Part shown: positions 46,647 to 55,955 of the stretch, in pieces
How the letters are laid out: each line of letters opens with the position of its first letter
How positions within the stretch are numbered: position 1 is the first letter of the stretch
Source: a virus
IMG/VR virus record: IMGVR_UViG_3300012078_000128
Location: 1-64,000 of that record
Direction: 5' to 3' (one strand)
DNA: 64,000 bases
Position numbers and translations under genes: made by a program
The notes under the pieces: model-generated
Database searches by the model: none
The model's input: the letters and a program-made list of their open reading frames with translations, nothing else
What the model was told of the DNA's origin: nothing

Positions 46647-48968
46647 ATGACAATTATTACAAAAGATCGTGGAAGTTACGTACAAGAAACAGAATTTAGC
46701 GAGGAACGATTCGATAAGTTTTTTGATTGGATTGTTCAAGACTCAGGACAAGAATACGATACAGAAATCCTCAAATCAATTAGAGATAACGTAGTGGAGT
46801 ATGTGAAGACGAGAGAAAAAATTGATGCAACAAAGCTACTTGATCTTATTGTCAGATATTCTAATGACAATATTTCAGCCAAGAATCCACATTTCACTTA
46901 CCTTAGTGCATCTGCATTAAGGCGACATATCTATAAGCAAGCATCTAAGAATCGCGGCTTTGATTATAAACAAGGGTATGGCGACTATTATTCCTTTGTT
47001 GTACAAATGATTGAACAAGGGATTTACGATGAAAGTCTTGTTAAACAGTATAGTGAATCTGAGCTAAAAAAAGCAGGGAAGTTTATAGATAAAACTAAAG
47101 ACAAAAAATTTAGCTATGCAGGACTATATATGCTTAACAATACGTATCTAAAAAAAGGTTATAACAAAGAAATTCTAGAATTGATGCAAGAACGTTTCCT
47201 CACTTGTGCTTTGTATTTGATGAAAGATGAGAAGAAATCGAAACGCCTAGATATGGTTAAAGAAGCTTATTGGGCACTGTCTAACCATTATGTAGGTCTA
47301 GCAACACCAACACTCCTTTCATCTGGTGCACCGCATGGAACACTGTCTTCATGTCATATTGTAACTCCTGATGACAATTTAATCAGTATCATGGATACTA
47401 TGAAACAAGTTGCTCTCTTTAGCCAAAACGGTGCGGGGATTGGCTTGTATGGTGGATTCTTAAGAGCAAGTGGTTCATGGATTAGAGGTTATAAGGGACG
47501 AGCTACAGGTATCTTACACCCATCTAGGTTGCTAAGTGTACTTGCAGAGTATGTAAACCAGCTTGGTAGCAGAGTAGCTGGAATTAGCGTTTATTTACCT
47601 GTATGGCACTATGACATTTTTGACTTTCTTGATTTGCGGCTTAAAACAGGTTCACAAGAAACACGAGCACACTCAATTAAAACAGCAGTCACACTTCCCG
47701 ATGAGTTTATGAGGCGTTTAGAAGACAAGCAAAATTGGACTGTGTTTGATCCTTATGAGTTTAAAAAGAAAATGAGCGTCGATCTTAACCGTCTTTATGA
47801 TAAGAAGAAACTGCTTTCAAATGAAGAACCGAATGAAGAAGACCATGCGTTTACATTTTGGTATCGTAAAGCAGAACAAGATATGTCCTTTGAATTGAAA
47901 AAAGTTGTTAAAACAACTGATATTTATAAATCAATCTTCACTTCAAGAAAAACTGGAGGAACTCCTTATCTATACTTCCATGATACTTCTGCCAGAATGA
48001 ATCCTAATGGACATACTGGAATGCCATTTGGTAGTAATTTGTGCTCAGAAATTATTCAGAACATGGAAGTCGATAAACACATCTCAGAAGACTTAGATGA
48101 AACTGGAATGGTAGTAACTAAAGTAATGGGCGAAGGGCTTGTTACATGTAATTTATCTTCTTTAGTGCTTAATAATGTGTTTGATAAAGAACAAGATGTT
48201 GATTTACAGAGAGTGGTAGACATTCAATTCCGTATGTTGGACAATGTTATTTCATTAAATAGGACAGTCGTACCACAAGCCACGCATACCAATAGCTTGT
48301 ATCGTGCTGTAGGATCAGGCTCTATGGGATTAGTAACATTGATGACATCAAAGGGCATTAAATGGGAATCTCCTGAAGCATCTGAATTTACAGCTGAAGT
48401 GTTTAAGAGCATTCTTAAAGCACAAATTAAGGCATCTGCCAAATTGGCTCAAGAAAAAGGATCTTATCCTTTGTATGAAGGATCTGATTGGGAAACAGGA
48501 GATTTCTTTGATAAACGAGGGTTTGTTTCTGACGAATGGAATGAAGTAAAAAATCTTGCTCGGCAAGGTATGAGGAATGGATATTTAGGAGCCATCGCAC
48601 CAACGTCAAGTAATAGTTTAATTATGAATTCATCACCTTCAATTGATCCTCCATACTCTGTTATTTATAAAGAAGAAAAGTCTGGACTTAACGTTATCGT
48701 TGTCCCTTCAAACTATAACAATCAGACTAAATGGTTCTATAAGTCTGGATTTGAAATGGATGAAATGTGGGCTGTTAACGTTATCTCTGCTGCACAAAAA
48801 TATGTTGATCAAGGCATTAGCCATAACATGCATGTTCCTAAGACAATTAAAGGTTCAGAACTGTTGCGACTTGATATTGGTGCATGGAAAAAACAACTTA
48901 AAACAATTTATTATACGTACACAGAAGACTTCGAACGTGGAGAAGACTGTGTAATGTGTGAAGCATAA
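46647..48968 (+). CDS. nrdE: Ribonucleotide reductase class Ib alpha subunit
   Basis: Active-site GSNLCSEI, C-terminal redox pair CVMCEA, overall NrdE layout. The ATG at 46647 follows GGGAGAGGA; the ORF track starts at 46584. Confidence 0.9.
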   Translation: MTIITKDRGSYVQETEFSEERFDKFFDWIVQDSGQEYDTEILKSIRDNVVEYVKTREKIDATKLLDLIVRYSNDNISAKNPHFTYLSASALRRHIYKQASKNRGFDYKQGYGDYYSFVVQMIEQGIYDESLVKQYSESELKKAGKFIDKTKDKKFSYAGLYMLNNTYLKKGYNKEILELMQERFLTCALYLMKDEKKSKRLDMVKEAYWALSNHYVGLATPTLLSSGAPHGTLSSCHIVTPDDNLISIMDTMKQVALFSQNGAGIGLYGGFLRASGSWIRGYKGRATGILHPSRLLSVLAEYVNQLGSRVAGISVYLPVWHYDIFDFLDLRLKTGSQETRAHSIKTAVTLPDEFMRRLEDKQNWTVFDPYEFKKKMSVDLNRLYDKKKLLSNEEPNEEDHAFTFWYRKAEQDMSFELKKVVKTTDIYKSIFTSRKTGGTPYLYFHDTSARMNPNGHTGMPFGSNLCSEIIQNMEVDKHISEDLDETGMVVTKVMGEGLVTCNLSSLVLNNVFDKEQDVDLQRVVDIQFRMLDNVISLNRTVVPQATHTNSLYRAVGSGSMGLVTLMTSKGIKWESPEASEFTAEVFKSILKAQIKASAKLAQEKGSYPLYEGSDWETGDFFDKRGFVSDEWNEVKNLARQGMRNGYLGAIAPTSSNSLIMNSSPSIDPPYSVIYKEEKSGLNVIVVPSNYNNQTKWFYKSGFEMDEMWAVNVISAAQKYVDQGISHNMHVPKTIKGSELLRLDIGAWKKQLKTIYYTYTEDFERGEDCVMCEA

Positions 48969-48977
48969 TAAAGGAGA

Positions 48978-50072
48978 ATGTCTTTGTCTAATTTCAGAGT
49001 CTATGATGGTGACGCTAATAATAAAGCAACGAAAGTATTTGGTGGTAGATCTAGTGGGATACGAGATTGGGATGATGTTAAATATCCTCAAATGCTAGAC
49101 ATGAACAAGGCATTGTTTGCGGAATATTGGATTGAAGATGAAGTAAAACTTGCAAAGGATATTGAAGAATACAGAAACAAACTTAATCCTTCAGAAAGAA
49201 ATGTGTACAATATTATTTCGGGTAAGTTAAATTGGTTGGATTCTATAGCAACTGACTTCAACTTCATTCTTGGTTATCTATGCACCGATTCCTCTGTTCG
49301 TTCAGTGATATCAATGATTGCGTCCTTTGAACAGTTACACAATAGAAGTTACCAGTACCTAACATCAACGGTACTTAATGACCAAGAAAAGAAACAAGCG
49401 TTTAAAGAAACTCGTGAGATTCCTGAACTTGTGAAGAGAAACAAGCATGTTATCAAACCTATTCAAGACATGGTAGATTCAGCTAAGCTTCACTTACTAA
49501 ACAATGAAGAAACACTTTCTGAAGACCTCTTACAACTTATTTTCAAAGGTCTTGTTGCAAACATGGTTTTAGAAGCCATTTACTTCTCAGGTGGATTTGT
49601 TTACTTCCATTCTTTGGCTAGAGATAACAAGATGATTGGCTCTAACTCCATTATCAGCATGATTAGAGAAGACGAGAATATGCATTCAACATTCTATGGT
49701 ATGCTGGTTCAAATTCTTATGAAGGAAGAACCTCAACTTAACACAAAAGATAACTTTGAATATGCCATAAATTATATTAAAGAAGCAGTTAAGCTTGAAA
49801 AAGAATGGTCGGCTCATATCTTTAAAGATATCGACACGATGTCCATTAAGGAATATCATGACTATGTAGAATATCTAGCTAATCTTCTCTGTCGGAATGC
49901 AGGATTGGAAGAACCATTTGAAGAGAATCTTGAATTAAAATCTAAATGGATTGTTACATATGGGAGTAAGAAACGCAGAGGGAATGAAGACGAAATTGTA
50001 ACACGTACAGATTTCCTTCAAGGTAATGCCATAAACTATGCCCATGAAAGTGGCGAGGATTTTGACTTGTAA
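48978..50072 (+). CDS. nrdF: Ribonucleotide reductase class Ib beta subunit
   Basis: Di-metal ligand region REDENMHSTFY, acidic C-terminal tail. The TTG at 48984 is better spaced from AAGGAG. Confidence 0.9.
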   Translation: MSLSNFRVYDGDANNKATKVFGGRSSGIRDWDDVKYPQMLDMNKALFAEYWIEDEVKLAKDIEEYRNKLNPSERNVYNIISGKLNWLDSIATDFNFILGYLCTDSSVRSVISMIASFEQLHNRSYQYLTSTVLNDQEKKQAFKETREIPELVKRNKHVIKPIQDMVDSAKLHLLNNEETLSEDLLQLIFKGLVANMVLEAIYFSGGFVYFHSLARDNKMIGSNSIISMIREDENMHSTFYGMLVQILMKEEPQLNTKDNFEYAINYIKEAVKLEKEWSAHIFKDIDTMSIKEYHDYVEYLANLLCRNAGLEEPFEENLELKSKWIVTYGSKKRRGNEDEIVTRTDFLQGNAINYAHESGEDFDL

Positions 50073-50469
50073 GAAGCTTGTTTTGTATTATTCAATGACA
50101 GGTAATACAAAGGCACTGTTAGAATACTTTAATCCAAATACATACGACATTAAAGATATTAAATACAATAAAGATATTAAATTAGATGAATATAACACAA
50201 TCATAATTGGCACATCTACTTGGGGAAGGGGTCTTCCCCCAAAGCCATTCTTTGAAATTAGAGATAGTTTGGATCAACTCAAAGATAAGAATATTGCAAT
50301 TTATGGAAGTGGAAGGCAAGAGTTTGTTTACTTCTGTGGTGCAGTAGACTTGTTGAATGAAATGTTGAGTAAAAAGAACAATGTGTTATTTACATTTAAG
50401 TATGAAGGATATCCGCAAGAGAAAAGTAAAATTCAATTCAAACAACTACTGGAGGAATATAAGTTATGA
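50038..50469 (+). CDS. Flavodoxin/NrdI-like protein
   Basis: LVLYYSMTGNTK and GTSTWGRG flavodoxin signatures. The start is uncertain (several in-frame candidates between 50038 and 50062). Confidence 0.7.
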   Translation: MPMKVARILTCKKLVLYYSMTGNTKALLEYFNPNTYDIKDIKYNKDIKLDEYNTIIIGTSTWGRGLPPKPFFEIRDSLDQLKDKNIAIYGSGRQEFVYFCGAVDLLNEMLSKKNNVLFTFKYEGYPQEKSKIQFKQLLEEYKL

Positions 50470-50717
50470 GTGAAATAATCAAGTTTTATAAAGATGGATG
50501 TGCACCATGTAAAATGGTAGATAACTTCCTTAATGACAACAATGTAGAATATAAAAACATTGACGTGTTCGAACAGCCTGAAATTGCAAGTGCATTCGAT
50601 ATTAGTACTGTACCCACTGTTGTGCTAGTAGAAGTTAAGAGCGATTCCTCTACAGAATTAAAACGAACTGTTGGTTATAAGCCTGATGAATTAACAGAAA
50701 TTCTTAGCTTACTCTAA
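50466..50717 (+). CDS. Glutaredoxin/NrdH-like thiol-disulfide redoxin
   Basis: KDGCAPCKMV contains a CxxC. 83 aa thioredoxin-fold size, coupled to the RNR genes. Confidence 0.75.
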   Translation: MSEIIKFYKDGCAPCKMVDNFLNDNNVEYKNIDVFEQPEIASAFDISTVPTVVLVEVKSDSSTELKRTVGYKPDELTEILSLL

Positions 50718-50720
50718 AAA

Positions 50721-51425
50721 ATGAATACAAGGGAGAAACACAAACACATGAAAAATTTAAATGAAGAAAAACAACTTAAATCCACACGTAAGTTCCGTAC
50801 TGGTCAATCTGTATTTGATACAATTGCTAATAAAAAGGTACGCTTCCTAACTTACATTAACTCTGAAACAGCTAAGGTCTCTGTGCTTGTTGATCATGAT
50901 AAAAATACAGGTGTTGTATCGACTAAGAACTATGACGTACTTGTATCTCAATTGGTTGTTGATCGTTCTAAGCGCAAATCGAACAAACCTAGATACCGCA
51001 AGACACCATACCAACAAGTTAGAGAATTTCAAAAGGTGTTCGGTCACCCAGTAGGCGATGTTCCTCAAATGCTTAATCCTGAACGCGAAGCTAAACGTCT
51101 AGCATGGAAAGAAGAAGAAATCCAAGAACAAAAAGATGCTACGACTCTAGTAGATAAAGTCGATGCTCTTATTGACCAATTGTACTTTATCTATGGTGAT
51201 TTTGTTGAAATGGGTGTTGATCCACAACCTTTGTTTGATATTGTGCAGCGAGCAAATATGGGCAAAATTTGGGACGATGGAGTACCTCGATTCCGCGAAT
51301 CAGACAATAAGATTATGAAACCACCTCATTGGGAAGAAAAATTCGCGCCTGAAAAACTTATTGAAAAAGAGTTAGAAAAACAAAAGTATTTTGCACAAAA
51401 GAGATTGACAAAAGAAAATAGTTAA
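50721..51425 (+). CDS. MazG-like all-alpha NTP pyrophosphohydrolase with N-terminal extension
   Basis: YQQVREFQKVFGHP...EEEIQEQKDA...DALIDQLYFIYG fits the MazG/HisE-type helices. Confidence 0.55.
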   Translation: MNTREKHKHMKNLNEEKQLKSTRKFRTGQSVFDTIANKKVRFLTYINSETAKVSVLVDHDKNTGVVSTKNYDVLVSQLVVDRSKRKSNKPRYRKTPYQQVREFQKVFGHPVGDVPQMLNPEREAKRLAWKEEEIQEQKDATTLVDKVDALIDQLYFIYGDFVEMGVDPQPLFDIVQRANMGKIWDDGVPRFRESDNKIMKPPHWEEKFAPEKLIEKELEKQKYFAQKRLTKENS

Positions 51426-51437
51426 TATAATATTATA

Positions 51438-51476
51438 TACAGAGGTTGATATTCAGTTATCTTCCTCTGTATTTTT
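51438..51476 (+). terminator. Rho-independent terminator
   Basis: TACAGAGG (51438-51445) pairs with CCTCTGTA (51464-51471), followed by TTTTT. Confidence 0.7.
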
Positions 51477-51499
51477 AAATTAAAGGAGAATATTATTTT

Positions 51500-52144
51500 A
51501 TGAATTCAGAAGAAAATGTTTATCATTCGTCAGAATTAACCTTACCTTACAATTACAACTACACACCTGAGCAACACTTTTACGACCCTAAGCATAAACG
51601 TTTAGTGCATAAAGCACTACGCACATTAGGTAGTGATCCATATGCATTAGCAAAAAAACATGGCATGGAATATGAAGATTTCGTACAATATGGTAATGAA
51701 ACATTCTGGAAAGCTTGCCATAGCTATTCTTCAACTCACAAGTATAAATTTTCTACATATGCTATAAAAGCTGTTAGATGGCGCATAATGGACTTAATTA
51801 ATTCAGGGTGTGGAATCATTACATATACTAAAAAAGTAAGTGAAGAAGAACGTATTGGACTTTCTAGCTTGGACGAACCTTATGAAGGTAAAGATGGTGG
51901 TGAAACTAGCCTACATGATGTAATACCAGATAATAATACATATGTAGTTGATAGTTTAATTGAGGATTTGAAACATAATGATTACATAAAAGGTTTAAAT
52001 GAAACTCAAAAGAAAGTAGTTAATTTAAAAATAGATAAATATTTAGATACAGAAATCGCGGATATTCTTGGGCTTACTCGACAAAGAATTGGACAAATCG
52101 TAAAAGAAATAAGATTTATGCTTAAAGGAGAAATTGCTGTATGA
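51500..52144 (+). CDS. Sigma-70-family (group 4-like) sigma factor
   Basis: Region 2-like YGNETFWKACHSY...FSTYAIKAVRWRIMDLI; region 4 HTH LDTEIADILGLTRQRIGQIVKEI. Confidence 0.75.
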   Translation: MNSEENVYHSSELTLPYNYNYTPEQHFYDPKHKRLVHKALRTLGSDPYALAKKHGMEYEDFVQYGNETFWKACHSYSSTHKYKFSTYAIKAVRWRIMDLINSGCGIITYTKKVSEEERIGLSSLDEPYEGKDGGETSLHDVIPDNNTYVVDSLIEDLKHNDYIKGLNETQKKVVNLKIDKYLDTEIADILGLTRQRIGQIVKEIRFMLKGEIAV

Positions 52145-52926
52145 GTAGCTTTGATAAGCAGTATCAAAGACTTGTCAAAAACATATTGAATAATGGCTTT
52201 CTAGCTTCAAACAGGACAGTAGATCGCACAAAAAAGGTATTCGGTGAAGTTTTGTACGTAGACTTACAAAAAGAATTTCCCTTGCTAACTGTAAAACATA
52301 CACCAATTAGAACACTTGTTAAAGAAATGTTGTGGATTTACCAACAACAATCAAACGATGTTACTTGGCTTCAAAATAGAAACGTCCGTATTTGGAATGA
52401 ATGGGTAGACGAGAATAATACTATAGGTGAGGCATATGGTGCTCAAATAAAGAAACACAATCAAATGGACAATCTCATCTATGATTTGAAGAACAAAAAT
52501 CAATCAAGACGCATGATGATTAATTTGTGGCAGAATGCTGACTTACATAAAATGCAACTTACACCGTGTATGTTTAATTCAATATGGGATGTTAATAACG
52601 GTTTTCTAAACACTCATGTAACAATTCGTAGCTCTGATGTAGCATTAGGTTTACCTTTTAATGTGGCTCAAATGGCTGTGTTAAACCTTATGTTGGCACA
52701 GGTTAGTAATCTTAAAGCAGGCAAGATGATTTTTGCTATTACGAATGCCCACTTATACGAGCATCATCTTGAACCAATTAGTACTATCTTAAATAGGGAG
52801 CCTTATAAAGCACCAACTGTTAAATTAAATAAGAAGGTTACAGATTTTTACTCATTCGCAGATCAAGATGTAATTCTAGAAAACTATCAATCTCATCCTA
52901 AAATTTCAATGAGGGTGAGTATATAG
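52141..52926 (+). CDS. thyA: Thymidylate synthase
   Basis: SRRMMINLWQ...LTPCMFNSIW (catalytic Cys), RSSDVALGLPFNVAQ, NAHLYEHH. Confidence 0.9.
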   Translation: MSSFDKQYQRLVKNILNNGFLASNRTVDRTKKVFGEVLYVDLQKEFPLLTVKHTPIRTLVKEMLWIYQQQSNDVTWLQNRNVRIWNEWVDENNTIGEAYGAQIKKHNQMDNLIYDLKNKNQSRRMMINLWQNADLHKMQLTPCMFNSIWDVNNGFLNTHVTIRSSDVALGLPFNVAQMAVLNLMLAQVSNLKAGKMIFAITNAHLYEHHLEPISTILNREPYKAPTVKLNKKVTDFYSFADQDVILENYQSHPKISMRVSI

Positions 52927-52934
52927 GGAAAGGA

Positions 52935-53465
52935 TTGTTCAACATAAGTATCTCATTAATCGCATGTGTAGATGAAAACTTAGGGCTTGGTCATGAAAAT
53001 AAACTTCTTACTCATCTACCTAAAGACTTGGCTCACTTTAAGCGACTAACTAAGGGTAATATTTGCATTCAAGGGCGCAATACATATGAATCAATCATGG
53101 CTTACAACAATAAGCCTTTGCCAAATAGAACGAACATGCTACTTACGACACAAGAGAATTACAAAGCTCATCCGTCTGTGTTTGTATACAATTCAATGAG
53201 CGATATTCAACACGAGTATTATAGCTACTGTGACAAGGATACAGAAGTATTCGTGATAGGCGGTGGGGAGCTTTATCGTCAATTCCTCCCAATAGCCGAT
53301 TACATCTATCTGACAGTCATACATCACAAGTTTGAAAATGTTGATACGCATTTCCCACAGTTCCTTCAAGATTCTCGTTGGATGCTACAATGGGAACAGC
53401 GTCACATGAAAGATGATAAACACAGATATGATTATTCTTTTAGAAAATACTCACTTAAACACTAA
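52935..53465 (+). CDS. dfrA: Dihydrofolate reductase
   Basis: ISLIACVDENLGLGHENKLLTHLPKDLAHFKRLT...GRNTYESI and VIGGGELY. Confidence 0.85.
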   Translation: MFNISISLIACVDENLGLGHENKLLTHLPKDLAHFKRLTKGNICIQGRNTYESIMAYNNKPLPNRTNMLLTTQENYKAHPSVFVYNSMSDIQHEYYSYCDKDTEVFVIGGGELYRQFLPIADYIYLTVIHHKFENVDTHFPQFLQDSRWMLQWEQRHMKDDKHRYDYSFRKYSLKH

Positions 53466-53483
53466 ACTAAAGGAGATGTATAT

Positions 53484-54008
53484 ATGACTAATGTTAATGT
53501 AATAGCAATTGAGGGCTGTGACGCAACAGGGAAAACTACTTTGGCCAAACAACTTAGCGATAAACTTAATATGCTTATTGTGAAAGGATCTTCATTTGAG
53601 AATGCTGAATGTGATAACACTCAACTATTCAAACACTTCAACAAAGTAGCTAATGCTTCAAATGTAATCATTGACCGTACTATATACTCTAATAGAGTTT
53701 ACGCCACACTATATGATGATTACGCTATCCTAACAGATGAACAACGTATGCAAATAGAAGACAAATTTAAAAATAAGACACTTGTTTTATATCTTACAGC
53801 AGACGTAGACACAATTATTGATCGTATTAACGTACGTGGGGATGACTATGTTACACCTGATAAAATTCAATCTATTGTAAGCAATTATAATAGTGTAATG
53901 TCTGATGCGATGAACAATGATGTAATTGTACTTACATATAATACAACTGAATGGACTACAAATGGAATTGTAGATGATGTGCAACGATATATGGAATACG
54001 GAGTCTAG
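53484..54008 (+). CDS. Thymidylate/dNMP kinase-like P-loop kinase
   Basis: IAIEGCDATGKTTLAKQL P-loop; DRTIYSN. Confidence 0.7.
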   Translation: MTNVNVIAIEGCDATGKTTLAKQLSDKLNMLIVKGSSFENAECDNTQLFKHFNKVANASNVIIDRTIYSNRVYATLYDDYAILTDEQRMQIEDKFKNKTLVLYLTADVDTIIDRINVRGDDYVTPDKIQSIVSNYNSVMSDAMNNDVIVLTYNTTEWTTNGIVDDVQRYMEYGV

Positions 54009-54009
54009 T

Positions 54010-54231
54010 ATGAACTCAATTATCAATAATGTTCGCACGTTACTTGATAGATACCCAAATAAGTTAACAACTAATAATAAACTTGTGTTGATGTATTGGA
54101 AGGAGTTTGATGATGTATTCATTGACTCTGACCACATTAGCACCAAAGATTTTCTTACCAAAGTAACAATATATGATGATATCATTAACGCCTTAGCCAT
54201 TATCGTATTACAAGGAGAACAGAAATGGTAG
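54010..54231 (+). CDS. Hypothetical protein
   Basis: The ATG at 54010 lies 6 nt after GGAG. The ORF-track start 53974 overlaps the kinase gene. Confidence 0.5.
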   Translation: MNSIINNVRTLLDRYPNKLTTNNKLVLMYWKEFDDVFIDSDHISTKDFLTKVTIYDDIINALAIIVLQGEQKW

Positions 54232-54386
54232 ATAAATGTTCCTTATGCGATATTCCATTAACTGATTCAGATCAATATTTCCAATCCAATACTAAAGCTA
54301 AAGTATGTTCATTTTGCATGGAAGAAATGTGTAATCACAATAAGAAATTGAGTCAATTCAAAGGGGATAGAAATAATGAAAAATAA
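54225..54386 (+). CDS. Small zinc-ribbon protein (53 aa)
   Basis: Own translation MVDKCSLCD...KVCSFCMEEMCNH. SD AAGGAG 7 nt upstream. Confidence 0.45.
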   Translation: MVDKCSLCDIPLTDSDQYFQSNTKAKVCSFCMEEMCNHNKKLSQFKGDRNNEK

Positions 54387-54834
54387 AGAATATGTGACTA
54401 ACCATAATGAAGATGTAGACTTCATTTATAATAAAGTGGACAGGCTGCCAATCAACGGTGATGTTCTATATATTCATACTGTTACTGGTCAGCAAATTGG
54501 CGAGCACGACACAGTAGTTTCATGCGATTATGAAAAAAATACATATAAAACACAGTTCTACACAGTTACAATGCAAGATAAGTTTGATGTTCTTGAGTTT
54601 GATAATAGGGTAAATGTAAATGGTATTACATATGTTAAGGAAAATAACCGCAACTTACTCACATTAATTAATTCACTACAAGATCAATTGGATGCTGTTA
54701 GTGGCAACGTAGTCATGATTGGTGAAGAGTTGAAACAACATAAGCATAATACACATGAAGCATTTAATGATATAGGTGAAGAATTGTCTAGATTTGATGA
54801 AGCATTAGAATCCACAATAAAAGTAATTAAATAA
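54376..54834 (+). CDS. Hypothetical protein
   Basis: ORF track. SD AAAGGGGA. Confidence 0.6.
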   Translation: MKNKEYVTNHNEDVDFIYNKVDRLPINGDVLYIHTVTGQQIGEHDTVVSCDYEKNTYKTQFYTVTMQDKFDVLEFDNRVNVNGITYVKENNRNLLTLINSLQDQLDAVSGNVVMIGEELKQHKHNTHEAFNDIGEELSRFDEALESTIKVIK

Positions 54835-54885
54835 TATACAATAAAACGATAATATAATTACAAAAAGGTTTTTTGGGGGATGTTA

Positions 54886-55047
54886 ATGGAATTCTTAGTA
54901 CTAGGGGTTTTAATATTAGCTTATATAATAGGGATATATAACAACAATAATAAACTTGATTCAGGAAACGTCATTCGTCTCATTGCAGTTGCTTTTGTAA
55001 TGTTATGTACAGCTAGCCTCTATGTGCTCTTAGAAGGGTTAAAATGA
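54886..55047 (+). CDS. Small two-TM membrane protein (53 aa)
   Basis: Own translation MEFLVLGVLILAYIIGIY...IRLIAVAFVMLCTASLYVLLEGLK, after GGGGGA. Confidence 0.45.
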   Translation: MEFLVLGVLILAYIIGIYNNNNKLDSGNVIRLIAVAFVMLCTASLYVLLEGLK

Positions 55048-55175
55048 ATATCACACGTCACGATTATCAAATTGCATTAGCAAATGGTTTAACATTAGAT
55101 CAGTTTCACCGTCTTATCTTTGTACATAGGCTAACAGTAGAAGAGGCTATTTCTATCGTTAAAGAAAATAAGTGA
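55044..55175 (+). CDS. Small hypothetical protein (43 aa)
   Basis: ATGA overlap with the previous gene. Confidence 0.3.
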   Translation: MNITRHDYQIALANGLTLDQFHRLIFVHRLTVEEAISIVKENK

Positions 55176-55318
55176 TATATCAATTAAAAAAAGATGATTT
55201 TAATACAACCAATTAAGCACTCCACAGCAATCACACTGGTTATCGTGATTACGTTCATCTTAATTAAATTATTTAATTGATAATAAATTTAATATGAAAA
55301 GGGGATCTATATGTAAGT

Positions 55319-55876
55319 ATGGCTAAAATCAATCACGGAGCAAGGTTTCAAGAAGACATTCAAAATAGCGCAAACAAGCAAGATGTATGGTTTATGAGAA
55401 TAAAGGATGTACACATACCCTTTAAGCTACGTGGCCAGATTAAAGTAAGTAGAAATGAATACGATAATCTTATGTTCTATGATGGAGTACTCTTTCCAAT
55501 GGAACTTAAAAGTACACAGTCAAAAAGTGTAAGCTTTGATGAAGCTATTATAAAACAACATCAAATAGAAAATTTACAGAAGGCTCATACATATAAAGGT
55601 GTAATTGCTGGCTTTTTAATGAATTTTAGAACATATGACAACGCAACATTTTTCATCCCTGTAGATAGATTTGTAGAATATATGTTAGTCGCACAAAACG
55701 GATTAGAACATAACTATACAGCTAAAGTTAACAAGTCTAGTATTCCATTAGATATTTGTAAGGAAATTGGATACGAATTATTTGGAATTAAGAAACGTAC
55801 ACGTTATCAGTACTATATAAAAGATTTACTTAGCACGTTATCCAGTACATATAATATCAACAAAACACCTCTTTAA
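55319..55876 (+). CDS. RecU-like Holliday-junction resolvase (PD-(D/E)xK)
   Basis: GARFQEDIQNS..., YDNLMFYDGVLFPMELKSTQSKSVSF (D...E-x-K) and IIKQHQIENL match the RecU core blocks. Confidence 0.65.
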   Translation: MAKINHGARFQEDIQNSANKQDVWFMRIKDVHIPFKLRGQIKVSRNEYDNLMFYDGVLFPMELKSTQSKSVSFDEAIIKQHQIENLQKAHTYKGVIAGFLMNFRTYDNATFFIPVDRFVEYMLVAQNGLEHNYTAKVNKSSIPLDICKEIGYELFGIKKRTRYQYYIKDLLSTLSSTYNINKTPL

Positions 55877-55892
55877 TACTGGAGGTGTTTTT
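55863..55892 (+). terminator. Rho-independent terminator
   Basis: AAACACCTC (55863-55871) pairs with GAGGTGTTT (55882-55890), followed by a T-run. Confidence 0.7.
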
Positions 55893-55955
55893 ATTATTTT
55901 TACCCTTTTAAATTTTTTCTTCCTATAGTATAATTAGTATTAACAAAATGGGACG

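Noticed and set aside
46647-50072. Introns or inteins in nrdE/nrdF, as in SPbeta bnrdE/bnrdF
   Set aside because: Both ORFs are continuous, with catalytic motifs in the normal order. I saw no intervening structured non-coding block or obvious intein splice motifs. A short insertion cannot be excluded without an alignment.
53787-54200. 137-aa minus-strand ORF
   Set aside because: It is antisense to the P-loop kinase and the following plus-strand gene, has no SD, and its composition is an antisense artefact. The same reasoning applies to the other short antisense ORFs in the track (for example 8416-8643, 24472-24836, 48224-48609 and 61108-61341).
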